A stretch of DNA of 64,000 bases from Verrucomicrobiia bacterium (GTDB taxonomy: Bacteria; Verrucomicrobiota; Verrucomicrobiia; CAIQCK01). Below, piece after piece: positions 9,750-19,128 of the stretch (within the stretch, counting starts at the first letter, position 1; each line of letters opens with the position of its first letter). Position numbers and translations under genes: made by a program. The DNA lies in assembly GCA_041651735.1 (NCBI GenBank), contig JBAZIR010000001.1, positions 799-64,798 on the forward strand. Direction: 5' to 3'. The notes beneath the pieces were generated by a model. That model had not been told where the DNA came from. It was given only the letters and a program-made list of their open reading frames with translations, and searched no databases.

Positions 9750-10205
9750 TCAAGACTTGTTGCTCAGTTCCTGGATCGTGTGCACAAATTCGTTGATGTC
9801 CCGAAACTGGCGATAAACCGACGCGAACCGCACGTAAGCCACTTCGTCGAGTTCGCTCAGGTGTTTCATCACCGCCTCGCCGATGGCCGTCGCCGGCACC
9901 TCGCGGTCGTATTTGTTGCCCAAGTTTTCGACGATCTCCTCGACCGTCCGGTCAATCTTCTCAACGCTGACCGGCCGCTTCTCGCACGCCTTCAACAAGC
10001 CAGCGGCAAGTTTGCGCCGGTCGAAATCCTCCCGCCGCCCGTCGCGCTTAACCACCAGCAATGTAGCGCGTTCGGTTTCCTCGTAGGTGGTAAAGCGATG
10101 CCCGCAGCCTAGACACTCCCGTCGGCGTCGGATCACGGCCCCGTCGCGCGACATCCTGGAGTCTATGACTTTGTCATCTACATGCCGGCATTTTGGACAG
10201 AGCAT
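9750..10205 (-). CDS. nrdR: transcriptional repressor NrdR
   Basis: MLCPKCRHVDDKVIDSR...CLGCGHRFTTYE zinc ribbon followed by an ATP-cone. Start at ATG 10205. Confidence 0.9.
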   Translation of the reverse strand: MLCPKCRHVDDKVIDSRMSRDGAVIRRRRECLGCGHRFTTYEETERATLLVVKRDGRREDFDRRKLAAGLLKACEKRPVSVEKIDRTVEEIVENLGNKYDREVPATAIGEAVMKHLSELDEVAYVRFASVYRQFRDINEFVHTIQELSNKS

Positions 10206-10303
10206 GATGTACAGACCTCTACGGGCTGTGGCTCTGTCACGGCTAACACACAATCCGTTGGGCTGTCAAGGCTTTCTTCCCTCTGCCTTCTTTTGCGGCC
10301 TCG

Positions 10304-10708
10304 TCAGTGGCTCGCGGGCCATCGCGGCTTGACGATCCACAAACTCAGCAACAAAGCGGCAAAAAAGATAACGTAGATGACCAAAAAGACCTCTTCAGAG
10401 GCGCGGTAGAAGAGAATCTGGTGCACCCAGTGCTGAAGGAAGGATGTCTGGTAGTGCTGCCCGTTGCCGGCCAACACGCGGAATTGCTGTTCCCAAGTCG
10501 TCAGTGGACAGGTTACGTCGAACACTGATTCCACCACGACGACGCCCATGCAGCCCAAATGCGCGAGGCGGAACCAACAGTTTCGCACGAAACTCCAGCG
10601 GAGAAAATACCCAGTCCAGATCACCAACAAGCCGACAACGACAAACGCGACGTAGGCAAAGTGCAGCATCAGCATCGCGTCGGCCAGGATGGAATAGAAG
10701 CATGTCAT
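10304..10708 (-). CDS. small integral membrane protein (DUF2784-like, from memory)
   Basis: About 134 aa with about 4 hydrophobic helices. Start chosen at MTCFYSIL because the longer ORF would overlap the upstream permease. Confidence 0.5.
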   Translation of the reverse strand: MTCFYSILADAMLMLHFAYVAFVVVGLLVIWTGYFLRWSFVRNCWFRLAHLGCMGVVVVESVFDVTCPLTTWEQQFRVLAGNGQHYQTSFLQHWVHQILFYRASEEVFLVIYVIFFAALLLSLWIVKPRWPASH

Positions 10709-10778
10709 CCCATGACGACGAAGGGCGGTTCTTTGTGGAACCGCCCTTCGCAACAACCATCGTTTTGTCCGCCAGTCG

Positions 10779-12179
10779 TTACCGCTTCGCCGGCAACGGC
10801 ACCACGGCAGATTGCAGACCCACCTTGGCACAAACGAAGTAAGCCACGGCGCCGATAATGAACGCTGTCACCGGCGCTGCGGGCACATTCACGCCCACGT
10901 TCGGCAGGATGCCCACAATGAAGCCCAGCAACCACGCAACCCAGCCCGCTGGATTGAAGCCCGCTCGCGGGCCGCTCCACTTGCCCCCATTGAGCAGGTA
11001 GTCCACCATCATCGCCCCGCAGATCGGACCGAAAGAGGCGCCGATGATCACAAACACACCGGCTGCATCACCCGCCAGTCCAGTCACCGCCAGCACGACG
11101 CTCACCACCGCGCCAATGCCCACCGAAATGAACGGATTCACCTTCGGCAGCGTCGTCTTGAAGCTGTTGGCAGCGATGAATGACGAGAAACACGCCGGAG
11201 GGAAGGCCGCCACGGCCAACGCGAACATCATCCATTTGGCCACATCTTCGCCCAGCACCACGGGAATGAGATTGAACGAGTCCAGGATGAAGCTCTTCTT
11301 CTGCACGCCCGCCGCAACAGCTTTGGCGCTCAGTTCGGGCGAACCATAAACACCCGCCACGACCAGCATCGAGATGCCCGCCGTGAACACAATCGCCAGC
11401 GCAACGCCTACCAACCCGCCCATGCTGACGTCCCGCTTGTCCCGGCTGTTGGTGCCAAAGTCCACCCCCGCCGCACCCGCCGTCGCAAAGAAGCCGACCA
11501 CGTAGGTCATGATCATCGCCACCACGCCGCACACGCCCAACGCGGCTGACGTATCCGGCTCGGCCGCTTGTTGGAGAGTGATGAGCTTGGCGGGATCGAA
11601 GCTCCCGATGCTACCCGCGGTCTTGGCCAACAGCAGCAGCAGCGTGATGAGCGGAATCAGCGGCAGGAACGTCGCCACCTTGGCGACATACTGGATGCCT
11701 TTCAGACCGACAAACGCCGCCAGCAATCCCCAAATCACCATCAGAACCTGAGCCGGGACGGGAATCACTTTCGCCAGGGCCAGCGAGGCAAAATAAGTGT
11801 TCACACCCAACCATCCAAACTGCAGCACGCCCATCAGGAAACCGGGCATGAAGAAACCGCCCTTGGCGCCGAATGTCGAGGTGCCGACGATGTAGAGCGG
11901 CAGCCCGGTCTTCATCCCAAGCAGCCCCGGCACGAGATAAAACAGGTAGTGGCAAATCAGCGCCGAGATCACCAGTCCCCCGAGGGCCACACCCAGTCCC
12001 TGCGCGAGCGTGCCACCGAGATTGGCCGCCTTGGCCGCGTCCTGCCAGAACACGAACCAGAGGAAGATGCCGGCGTAGGTCGGCGCGGTGTTCTTATACC
12101 AAGGCGCTCGATTCCCCTGTGGGTTGGGCTTTGCGCTGGTGATGTAGTCGGGGAGCGGTGAAACGTTTGTGTTACTCAC
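10779..12179 (-). CDS. NCS1/purine-cytosine-permease-like transporter
   Basis: 466 aa, about 12 hydrophobic segments. N-terminal WYKNTAPTYAGIFLWFVF and GxxxG-rich helices resemble CodB/CytX-type permeases. GTG start at 12179. Confidence 0.65.
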   Translation of the reverse strand: MSNTNVSPLPDYITSAKPNPQGNRAPWYKNTAPTYAGIFLWFVFWQDAAKAANLGGTLAQGLGVALGGLVISALICHYLFYLVPGLLGMKTGLPLYIVGTSTFGAKGGFFMPGFLMGVLQFGWLGVNTYFASLALAKVIPVPAQVLMVIWGLLAAFVGLKGIQYVAKVATFLPLIPLITLLLLLAKTAGSIGSFDPAKLITLQQAAEPDTSAALGVCGVVAMIMTYVVGFFATAGAAGVDFGTNSRDKRDVSMGGLVGVALAIVFTAGISMLVVAGVYGSPELSAKAVAAGVQKKSFILDSFNLIPVVLGEDVAKWMMFALAVAAFPPACFSSFIAANSFKTTLPKVNPFISVGIGAVVSVVLAVTGLAGDAAGVFVIIGASFGPICGAMMVDYLLNGGKWSGPRAGFNPAGWVAWLLGFIVGILPNVGVNVPAAPVTAFIIGAVAYFVCAKVGLQSAVVPLPAKR

Positions 12180-12331
12180 GGCCTTCCTTTTCGCTTCTTT
12201 TCAAGTCATTTCGCAAGTCTAAAATGTGCCGGCGCCGGCGCGCATCTTAACCGGCGGGCTTCATGAATAGAATGCGACTCTACTGCAAAAGTTTGTTGAT
12301 TCCAAACGGGCGGCGGCTATTCTCGCGCGCC

Positions 12332-13456
12332 ATGAATTCAGAAGAACTTCGCCCATTTGTCGCCGCCAAACTCGCCGCCGCCAAGGGCCTTGTGCCCAAG
12401 CTCACCGCCACCGTCGGCTTCGACGGTTTCGTGGATGAAATCATCCGCGTGGTGGACAAGCGCGAGGCGCTCGACAAATACACCTTCGTGCCGACGATGA
12501 CCAAGCTGGCCGAGAAGGTCGCCGGCGCGGCGGGCAAGAGCACCAACATGCAGCTCGTCGTCCAGATGATGAAACTCGGCGGCAACGGCCCGATCATGGC
12601 CAACGCGCTGGCGAGCATGGGCCTGAAGGTTACCTACATCGGCAACCTCGGTTTCCCGAACCTCCATTCCGTCTTTGAGCCGATGGCGAAGCGCGCGAAG
12701 GTCATCAGCATTGCCGACCCCGGCCACACAGACGCGCTGGAGTTTGAGGATGGCAAGATCATGCTCGGCAAACACGAAACGCTCGGCGACGTGAACTGGC
12801 AGAACATCGTCAAGCGCGTGGGCCTGCCGACGCTCAAGAAGCTGCTGACGGGCAGTTCGTTCGTCGCCTACGTCAACTGGACGATGCTGCCGCACATGAG
12901 TGACATCTGGCGGCAAATCCTGTCCAAGGCGTTGCCGAAGGCCGAGCCGAAACAGAAGCCGGTTGTCTTTTTCGATCTCGCCGATCCGGAGAAGCGCACC
13001 GCCGCTGACATTCGCGGCGCGCTCGACCTGATCCAGAAGTTCGGCGGGTTCTACCGCGTCATTCTTGGCCTGAACCAGAAGGAGGCGCACGAAATCGGCG
13101 AGGTGCTCGGCCTCAATACCGCCGACGAGTCGAAGGATTCGATCCAGGAGCTGGCCAGGCAGATTTTCGCTGCGCTGAAGATCGAGCGGCTGGTGGTGCA
13201 TCCGACGGCCTATGCGGTGGCGGTGGACGCGAAAGGCTCGGCGCTCGTGGACGGGCCGTTCTGCGAGAAGCCGCTGATCACGACGGGCGCGGGCGACCAC
13301 TTCAACGCCGGCTTCTGCCTCGGCAACCTCCTCGGTTTCGACAAGGAGATGTCGCTGCTGGTGGGCGTTTCCACGAGCGGCTTCTATGTCCGCACCGGCA
13401 AGAGTCCGGCCGTGGCCGACCTCGTCAAGTTCATGCGCAACTGGCCGCTGAACTGA
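12332..13456 (+). CDS. ribokinase-superfamily sugar kinase (PfkB / ADP-dependent-kinase-like)
   Basis: C-terminal TTGAGDHFNAGF anion-hole motif and N-terminal VGFDGFVDEII. Start ATG 12332 (MNSEEL); the ORF is open from 12263. Confidence 0.6.
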   Translation: MNSEELRPFVAAKLAAAKGLVPKLTATVGFDGFVDEIIRVVDKREALDKYTFVPTMTKLAEKVAGAAGKSTNMQLVVQMMKLGGNGPIMANALASMGLKVTYIGNLGFPNLHSVFEPMAKRAKVISIADPGHTDALEFEDGKIMLGKHETLGDVNWQNIVKRVGLPTLKKLLTGSSFVAYVNWTMLPHMSDIWRQILSKALPKAEPKQKPVVFFDLADPEKRTAADIRGALDLIQKFGGFYRVILGLNQKEAHEIGEVLGLNTADESKDSIQELARQIFAALKIERLVVHPTAYAVAVDAKGSALVDGPFCEKPLITTGAGDHFNAGFCLGNLLGFDKEMSLLVGVSTSGFYVRTGKSPAVADLVKFMRNWPLN

Positions 13457-13574
13457 CGGCGCTGAATCGGCATCGGGCCGGCGCTCCCAGGCTATTTGAG
13501 CCTCCGCGGAAAATCCGCCTTGCGGCTGAACCGCCGGCTTGGATTTCCGCCGCCCATTCCTTATAGTTTGCGCC

Positions 13575-14966
13575 ATGCCAACCAAGAAACACGCCACCTG
13601 GGGCGGGCGCTTCACTGCCGGGCCTGCTGAAGCTGTCCAGCGTTTCACCGAATCGGTTTCCTTCGACCACCGGCTCGCGCCTTACGACATCCGCGGCAGC
13701 ATCGCCCACGCGAAGATGCTCGCGAAGATCGGTGTGCTCTCCCGTGCCGAGTGCGCCGCCATCGTCAAAGGCCTCGAACAGATCAGCATGGAGATCGCCG
13801 CGGGCAAATTCAAGTGGCGCGCCGACCTCGAAGACGTCCACATGAACATTGAGTCCGAGCTGACCCGCCGTATTCCGGCTGGCGCGAAGCTCCACACCGC
13901 CCGCAGCCGCAACGACCAGGTGGCGCTCGACGTGCGCCTCTACGTCCGCGACCAACTCCGGCTCGTCCAACGCGACCTGCGCGACCTTCAGTGGTCGCTG
14001 CTGATGCTGGCGTCGGTCAACGACAACATCGTCATCCCCGGCTATACGCACCTCCAGCGCGCGCAGCCGGTGTTGTTCGCACATCACCTGCTGGCCTACG
14101 TCGAAATGTTCGACCGCGACCACGGCCGGCTCGACGACGCGTTCAAACGCGTTAACGTTTGTCCGCTCGGTTCCGGTGCCATCGCCGGCTCCACGCTGCC
14201 GCTCGACCGCAAATTCGTCGCAAAGGAACTCGGCTTCGACGGCGTTACGCAGAACTCGATGGATGCCGTCAGTGACCGCGACTTTATCGTCGAGTTTCTT
14301 GCCGACGGCGCGCTCATCGCCCTGCACGTCTCGCGCCTGGCCGAGGATATCATCCTCTGGGCTTCGGCGGAGTTTGGCTTCATCCATATTGCCGACACCT
14401 ACACCACCGGTTCCTCGCTGATGCCGCAGAAGAAAAACCCGGACATCGCCGAGCTGGCGCGCGGCAAGACCGGCCGGGTCTATGGCAACCTCGTTGCGCT
14501 GCTGACGCTGCTGAAAGGTCTGCCGATGACCTACAACCGCGACTTGCAGGAAGACAAGGAGCGCCTCTTCGACACCGCCGGCACGCTGCACTCGACGCTT
14601 GGCGTGCTGGCCGACATGCTGCTGAACACACACGCCGTCCGCGAACGCTGCGAAAGCGCCGCCGATGACCCCGCGCTGCTCGCCACCGACCTCGCCGATT
14701 ATCTCGTCAAGAAAGGCGTCGCCTTCCGCCAGGCCCATCACATCGTCGGCGCCCTTGTGGCCCAAGCCGAAAAGCAGGGCAGACTGCTGAGCGCGTTGCC
14801 GATGGAAACATTCCGCGCGCTCTCGCCAAAGTTCGACCCCGATGTGCGGCAAGTCTTCGACGTGCGCCGTGCGCTTATCGCGCGCACCGTCACCGGTGCC
14901 CCATCCCCCGCGAACGTGCAGCGGCAGTTGAAGCGGTGGGAGAAGATGTTGAGCAAGAACACATGA
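13575..14966 (+). CDS. argH: argininosuccinate lyase
   Basis: WGGRFT N-terminus and fumarate-lyase signature GSSLMPQKKNPD, about 463 aa. Confidence 0.92.
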   Translation: MPTKKHATWGGRFTAGPAEAVQRFTESVSFDHRLAPYDIRGSIAHAKMLAKIGVLSRAECAAIVKGLEQISMEIAAGKFKWRADLEDVHMNIESELTRRIPAGAKLHTARSRNDQVALDVRLYVRDQLRLVQRDLRDLQWSLLMLASVNDNIVIPGYTHLQRAQPVLFAHHLLAYVEMFDRDHGRLDDAFKRVNVCPLGSGAIAGSTLPLDRKFVAKELGFDGVTQNSMDAVSDRDFIVEFLADGALIALHVSRLAEDIILWASAEFGFIHIADTYTTGSSLMPQKKNPDIAELARGKTGRVYGNLVALLTLLKGLPMTYNRDLQEDKERLFDTAGTLHSTLGVLADMLLNTHAVRERCESAADDPALLATDLADYLVKKGVAFRQAHHIVGALVAQAEKQGRLLSALPMETFRALSPKFDPDVRQVFDVRRALIARTVTGAPSPANVQRQLKRWEKMLSKNT

Positions 14967-15045
14967 TGACAGGAGTCTGCTGCCGTACGTTGGACGCAAA
15001 CGGGCAAATCATTGCACCGCTTTACGCGCAAAGGAATCGCTTCAT

Positions 15046-15369
15046 ATGCATTGGATCTATCTCTCGCTCGCCATCGTTTTTGAAGTTGCCGGCACAACTT
15101 GCATGAAGCTCTCGGAGGGTTTTGCGAAACCGCTGCCGTCCGTGCTTCTGGCGGTATTTTACGGGGTGTCTTTCTTTTTGCTGACGATGGTCCTCAAGAA
15201 GATCGACGTGAGCGTGGCTTACGCTGTCTGGAGCGGGGTCGGTGTCGCGCTGATTTCCGTGATTGGCGTCATCTTTTTTCGTGAGCCGATGACTGTCATC
15301 AAGGCTGTTGGGACGTTGGCGATCATCGGCGGTGTGGTGGCTCTGAATGTAGCGGGTGGCGCGCATTGA
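15046..15369 (+). CDS. SMR-family small multidrug efflux protein
   Basis: 107 aa, 4 TM, with EmrE-like IYLSLAIVFEVAGTTCMKLSEGF including the conserved membrane Glu. Confidence 0.85.
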   Translation: MHWIYLSLAIVFEVAGTTCMKLSEGFAKPLPSVLLAVFYGVSFFLLTMVLKKIDVSVAYAVWSGVGVALISVIGVIFFREPMTVIKAVGTLAIIGGVVALNVAGGAH

Positions 15370-15414
15370 GCTGCGTTTTCATCCATTCGCCGCCAAGGAT
15401 CATTTTAAGTGACC

Positions 15415-15843
15415 ATGAAACCACGCAACCGCAAAACATGGGAAGAGACCGCGCTCATTCTCGCGGAGACCATCGCACACTGCCGGTCGCAGGATCCCTA
15501 TGTGCAGGTCGGGGCCTGTGCTGTCATGCAGGACAACTCGGTGAGTCTGGGCTATAACGGCCCGCCGCCGAAGATTGAGATCGACTGGTCGGACCGTGAC
15601 ACCCGGCTGGCGCGGGTCATTCACGCCGAAGTCAACGCGTTGCGGTCGGTCGGTCCCGGTGAGTGCAAGTTCCTGGCTGTCACTCTGCTGCCGTGCCGGA
15701 GTTGCATGACGTTCATTGCCTCCAAAGGCATCAAGCGGATTGTGTTCCGCGACGTTTACGAGCGCGACAAGCTGGCGTTCGCGCTGGCGAAGGAGTTCGG
15801 CATCGAACTGGTCCAGATTCCGCGGAAACGAAAGCGAGGCTGA
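15415..15843 (+). CDS. dCMP/CMP deaminase family zinc enzyme
   Basis: HAEVNAL and PCRSC zinc-ligand motifs. ATG 15415 (GTG 15409 also possible). Confidence 0.8.
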   Translation: MKPRNRKTWEETALILAETIAHCRSQDPYVQVGACAVMQDNSVSLGYNGPPPKIEIDWSDRDTRLARVIHAEVNALRSVGPGECKFLAVTLLPCRSCMTFIASKGIKRIVFRDVYERDKLAFALAKEFGIELVQIPRKRKRG

Positions 15844-15912
15844 AAGCCCGCGCCAGCCGCCTCCCAGTTTTTTGTGGCTTTTGTGCCTCCTTGTGGCTCA
15901 TAAAATCCCGTC

Positions 15913-17217
15913 ATGCACGATTTCAGATTCAAGGACGGCCGGCTTTGTTGCGAGGGCATCGCGCTCGAGCGGCTTGCACGCGAATGCGGGACGCCGCTTT
16001 ACGTTTACAGCCAGCACACCATCACGGACCATTTCCAGAAGCTCGACCGGGCGCTGGCGGAGCTGCCGGATCGTCTCGTCTGTTTCGCGATGAAGGCCAA
16101 CTCCAACGCCGCGATCCTGCGGTTGCTGGCCAACCTCGGCGGCGGTTTCGACATCGTCAGCGCGGGCGAGCTTTATCGCGTCGTGCAGGCCGGCGGCGAT
16201 CCGCACAAATGCGTCTTCGCCGGCGTCGGCAAAACGGATGAGGAAATCCGCTACGCTTTGGCGCAGGGCATCTATTGCTTCAACGTCGAGAGCGTGCCGG
16301 AGATCGAGCGCATCAACCGGCTCGCGCAGGAGATCAACGAGCGCGCGCCCATCGCCATCCGCGTCAACCCGAACGTCGAGGCGCACACGCACGCGAAGAT
16401 CACCACCGGCACCTACGAGAACAAGTTCGGCATCGCGATCGAAGACGTGGCGGCGGTCTATGCCCGCGCCGCGAAACTGCCGGGCATCCGCATCCGCGGG
16501 GTGCAGATGCACATCGGTTCGCAGATCACCTCCGTCGGCCCCTTCGTGAAGGCGGTGAAGAAGGCGCTGGCGCTCGTGAAGGAACTCAAGCATCTCTACG
16601 ATATTGAGTTCTTCAGCATCGGCGGCGGCATTGGCATTTGCTACGACCCGGCGCTGGAGAGCGCGACACCGGAATGGTGGCGGCGCAATCCGAAGGCCCG
16701 CACCTGGCTCACGCCGCAGCGTTACGCCGCGAGCATCGTGCCGTTGCTGGCGCCGCTCGGTTTGCGCATCCTCATCGAGCCGGGCCGGTTCATCATCGGC
16801 AACGCCGGCGCTTTGGTGACGCGGGTGCAGTATGTAAAGTCCACGCCGGAGAAAACCTTCGTCATCGTGGACGCTGGCATGAACGACCTTATCCGGCCGG
16901 CGTTCTACGACTCGTATCACCAGATTGTCCCACTGCGGAAGACACGCGGCACGCTCGTGGCCGATGTGGTTGGACCGATCTGCGAGAGTGGTGATTATTT
17001 CGCCAAGAACCGCCGGGTCGCCGCCGTGCGCGAGGGCGACGGCCTTGCCTTGCTGAGCGCCGGCGCTTACGGCATGGCGATGGCTTCAAACTACAACTCG
17101 CGTCCGCTTGCCGCCGAAGTGCTGGTCAACGGCAGCCGTTACGCCGTCGTTCGTGCGCGCCAGACGGCCGAAGATCTGACCCGCGGCGAGAAAGTGGCCG
17201 GCTGGCTGAAGGAATGA
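15913..17217 (+). CDS. lysA: diaminopimelate decarboxylase
   Basis: FAMKANSN PLP-lysine region and ...GPICESGD... motif. 434 aa, group IV decarboxylase architecture. Confidence 0.92.
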   Translation: MHDFRFKDGRLCCEGIALERLARECGTPLYVYSQHTITDHFQKLDRALAELPDRLVCFAMKANSNAAILRLLANLGGGFDIVSAGELYRVVQAGGDPHKCVFAGVGKTDEEIRYALAQGIYCFNVESVPEIERINRLAQEINERAPIAIRVNPNVEAHTHAKITTGTYENKFGIAIEDVAAVYARAAKLPGIRIRGVQMHIGSQITSVGPFVKAVKKALALVKELKHLYDIEFFSIGGGIGICYDPALESATPEWWRRNPKARTWLTPQRYAASIVPLLAPLGLRILIEPGRFIIGNAGALVTRVQYVKSTPEKTFVIVDAGMNDLIRPAFYDSYHQIVPLRKTRGTLVADVVGPICESGDYFAKNRRVAAVREGDGLALLSAGAYGMAMASNYNSRPLAAEVLVNGSRYAVVRARQTAEDLTRGEKVAGWLKE

Positions 17218-17223
17218 GCTGTC

Positions 17224-17454
17224 ATGGCAACCTACGTTTACGAAACCATCCCGGCGGCTGGCGGTGAAGTGCGCCGTTACGAAATCCGCCAGAGTATGAA
17301 GGATGCGCCGCTGACGAAGCACCCGGAAACGGGCGAGCCGATCCGGCGTGTCATCACGGGCGGCTTGGGCCTGATTGGTGTGGGCAGCCGCGGAGGGCCG
17401 TCGGCCGCGCCGCGCCGCCCCTCGCACGGTGGCGGATGCAGTTGTTGTCACTGA
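17224..17454 (+). CDS. FmdB-like small protein lacking the zinc-ribbon cysteines
   Basis: MATYVYETIP...YEIRQSMKDAPLTKHPETGEPIRRVI follows the FmdB/CxxC_CxxC_SSSS spacing, but both CxxC pairs are replaced. C-terminal GGGCSCCH. Confidence 0.5.
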   Translation: MATYVYETIPAAGGEVRRYEIRQSMKDAPLTKHPETGEPIRRVITGGLGLIGVGSRGGPSAAPRRPSHGGGCSCCH

Positions 17455-17484
17455 ACACCCGTTTGGATTCGCTTCTCCGCGAAA

Positions 17485-18183
17485 TCACGGTGCGGAATAA
17501 ATCATCCAGAGGCCGCCGAGGAGCACCAGTACGCCGCAGGTTTTCTTCACGATGGCGAGTCCCTTGGATTGTTCGTTCCAGCTCAGGTATCGCTGCACTA
17601 TCTCGGTGAACGTGCCTGCCAGCACGATGACGGCGCAATGGCCGATGCCGTAGGCCAGCAACAGCGACGCGCCATAGAGAGGGGCGGACTTTGCCAGCTT
17701 GAAGGTTACCGCCAGCATCGGCGCCATGTAGGCGAACGTGCATGGGCCGAGCGCGATGCCGAAGACCAGGCCGAGGATGAACGCCGCGAGCAGTCCGCGC
17801 CGCTTCATGTTCACCTGACCCGGCCCGGACCACGGCATGGGAATGACCCCGAGCAGATGCAGGCCGACGAGGAAGAAAATCGCCGCGACGAAATAGTTCG
17901 CCCACCCGCCCACGTCGCCCATCATCCGGCCAGCGGCGGCGGTGGCGACGCCGATGACGGCGATGGTCAGCAGGATGCCCACTGAGAACAGTGTCGCAAT
18001 CCAGAACGCGCGCGCGGTGCTCACGCGGCCCTGGCCGCTGATGAAACCGACGATGAGCGGGATGCTCGCAAGATGGCAGGGACTGAGAAGAACGCTGAGC
18101 ACGCCCCAAACCGCCGACGCTCCGAGCGCAATCAGCGGAGAGCCTTCGACGGCCTGGCTAAGTTGGGTGAAGAGTTGTTCCAT
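17485..18183 (-). CDS. ccdA: cytochrome c biogenesis / thiol-disulfide transporter CcdA (DsbD core) family
   Basis: 6-TM protein with the two conserved membrane cysteines (LLSPCHL and ALGPCTF). Confidence 0.8.
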   Translation of the reverse strand: MEQLFTQLSQAVEGSPLIALGASAVWGVLSVLLSPCHLASIPLIVGFISGQGRVSTARAFWIATLFSVGILLTIAVIGVATAAAGRMMGDVGGWANYFVAAIFFLVGLHLLGVIPMPWSGPGQVNMKRRGLLAAFILGLVFGIALGPCTFAYMAPMLAVTFKLAKSAPLYGASLLLAYGIGHCAVIVLAGTFTEIVQRYLSWNEQSKGLAIVKKTCGVLVLLGGLWMIYSAP

Positions 18184-18192
18184 GCCAGCCGG

Positions 18193-18666
18193 CTATTGGG
18201 TTCCTGTCTTGGCGCACTCGTGTTCCTTGACTAAACGGGTTGCGATGCGCGCGGCTTCGCGAGTGAGGAATGCGCACTTTTCCCGGAGCTTGTTCTCCTT
18301 GAAAAACTTCATGCCTTCGGGTGTATCGAGACGGCAACCCATGAGCTTCTCGCAGTGGGTCGAGCCGAACTGCTGTTCGCATTCGTCCAGAAACATCCGG
18401 GCCAGCCGCTGGTTATCCTCGCGCGGCTCCGTGGGATGATTTCGGCCTGTCGCCAGGCTGATGGCAAGGACGCCGCCGCTGACGGCGCCGCAGATGTCAC
18501 CTGTCCGCGCCACGCCGCCACACAGGCCCGTCGCAATTCGAGGGATGATTTCGGAACGGATGTCGAGGCTCTCCGCGATGGCTTGGAGCACGCTTTCGGC
18601 GCAGCAGAAGCCTTGCTGGAAAAGTTCCGCAGCTCGTTCTGCAACCTGGTCGGGTGTCTGTTTCAA
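18193..18666 (-). CDS. C_GCAxxG_C_C family putative redox protein
   Basis: GFCCAESVLQAI ... GLCGGV ... GDICGAVSGG ... C pattern characteristic of the family. Confidence 0.75.
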   Translation of the reverse strand: MKQTPDQVAERAAELFQQGFCCAESVLQAIAESLDIRSEIIPRIATGLCGGVARTGDICGAVSGGVLAISLATGRNHPTEPREDNQRLARMFLDECEQQFGSTHCEKLMGCRLDTPEGMKFFKENKLREKCAFLTREAARIATRLVKEHECAKTGTQ

Positions 18667-18673
18667 AGCTCCC

Positions 18674-19105
18674 TCACTTTAGGCGATTTGTTCCGCCGAA
18701 GTCGAAGCCGAGTTCCTTCCACTTCGCCAGCATGTCTTCCTTGGCAAAGAATCCCGTGTGGCGGAACAACTCCTTGCCGTCGGCGTTGAAGAAGATTTGC
18801 GTCGGGATGATCTCGACAGCCTGTTTTTGCGCCACGTCGGGATTCTTCCACACGTCAATGAACTCCACGTCCAGCCTGCCGGCGTATTCCTTCTTCATCT
18901 CTTCCAGGATGGGCGCCATCGCTTTGCAGGGAATGCACTTGTCCGCGCCAAGATCGAGGAGTCTGGGAATCTTTGCGGCAGATTGGGTTGCCGGCGGGCT
19001 GGCAACACCGGTGGACGCAGGGAGCCGGCTCTGTTTGAGCACGACGACTCCCGCGACAAGCGCGATGAGCGCCACGACGATCATAGCCTTGGCTGATGTT
19101 TTCAT
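18674..19105 (-). CDS. membrane-anchored (periplasm-facing) thioredoxin-fold protein
   Basis: N-terminal anchor AMIVVALIALVAGVVVL, then LLDLGADKCIPCKAMAPILEE with a CxxC active site. Confidence 0.8.
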   Translation of the reverse strand: MKTSAKAMIVVALIALVAGVVVLKQSRLPASTGVASPPATQSAAKIPRLLDLGADKCIPCKAMAPILEEMKKEYAGRLDVEFIDVWKNPDVAQKQAVEIIPTQIFFNADGKELFRHTGFFAKEDMLAKWKELGFDFGGTNRLK

Positions 19106-19128
19106 GGGAGGAACACAATCCAGCAGGA

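Noticed and set aside
12180-12262. Riboswitch (for example TPP or purine) in front of the NCS1-like permease
   Set aside because: The leader is only about 80 nt. I could not find the conserved THI-box (CUGAGA ... ACCUGA) or purine-riboswitch junction motifs on the coding strand.
13457-13574. Terminator or attenuator hairpin upstream of argH (GGAAAATCC...GGATTTCC)
   Set aside because: The arms are imperfect and far apart, there is no U-tract, and I recognise no conserved leader peptide or T-box features. The evidence is too weak to call.
12338-14999. Long antisense ORFs (12338-13648 and 13431-14999, 436 and 522 aa) opposite the sugar kinase and argH
   Set aside because: Their translations are Arg/Ala/Gly/His-rich with no motifs, and they lie opposite genes with strong family signatures. 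They are typical GC-rich shadow frames. The same reasoning applies to 1897-2853, 15898-16920, 20667-21554, 25241-26494, 28375-29577, 33103-34239, 46491-47636, 48248-49357, 49645-50721, 50912-52015, 52320-53678 and 59834-60766.
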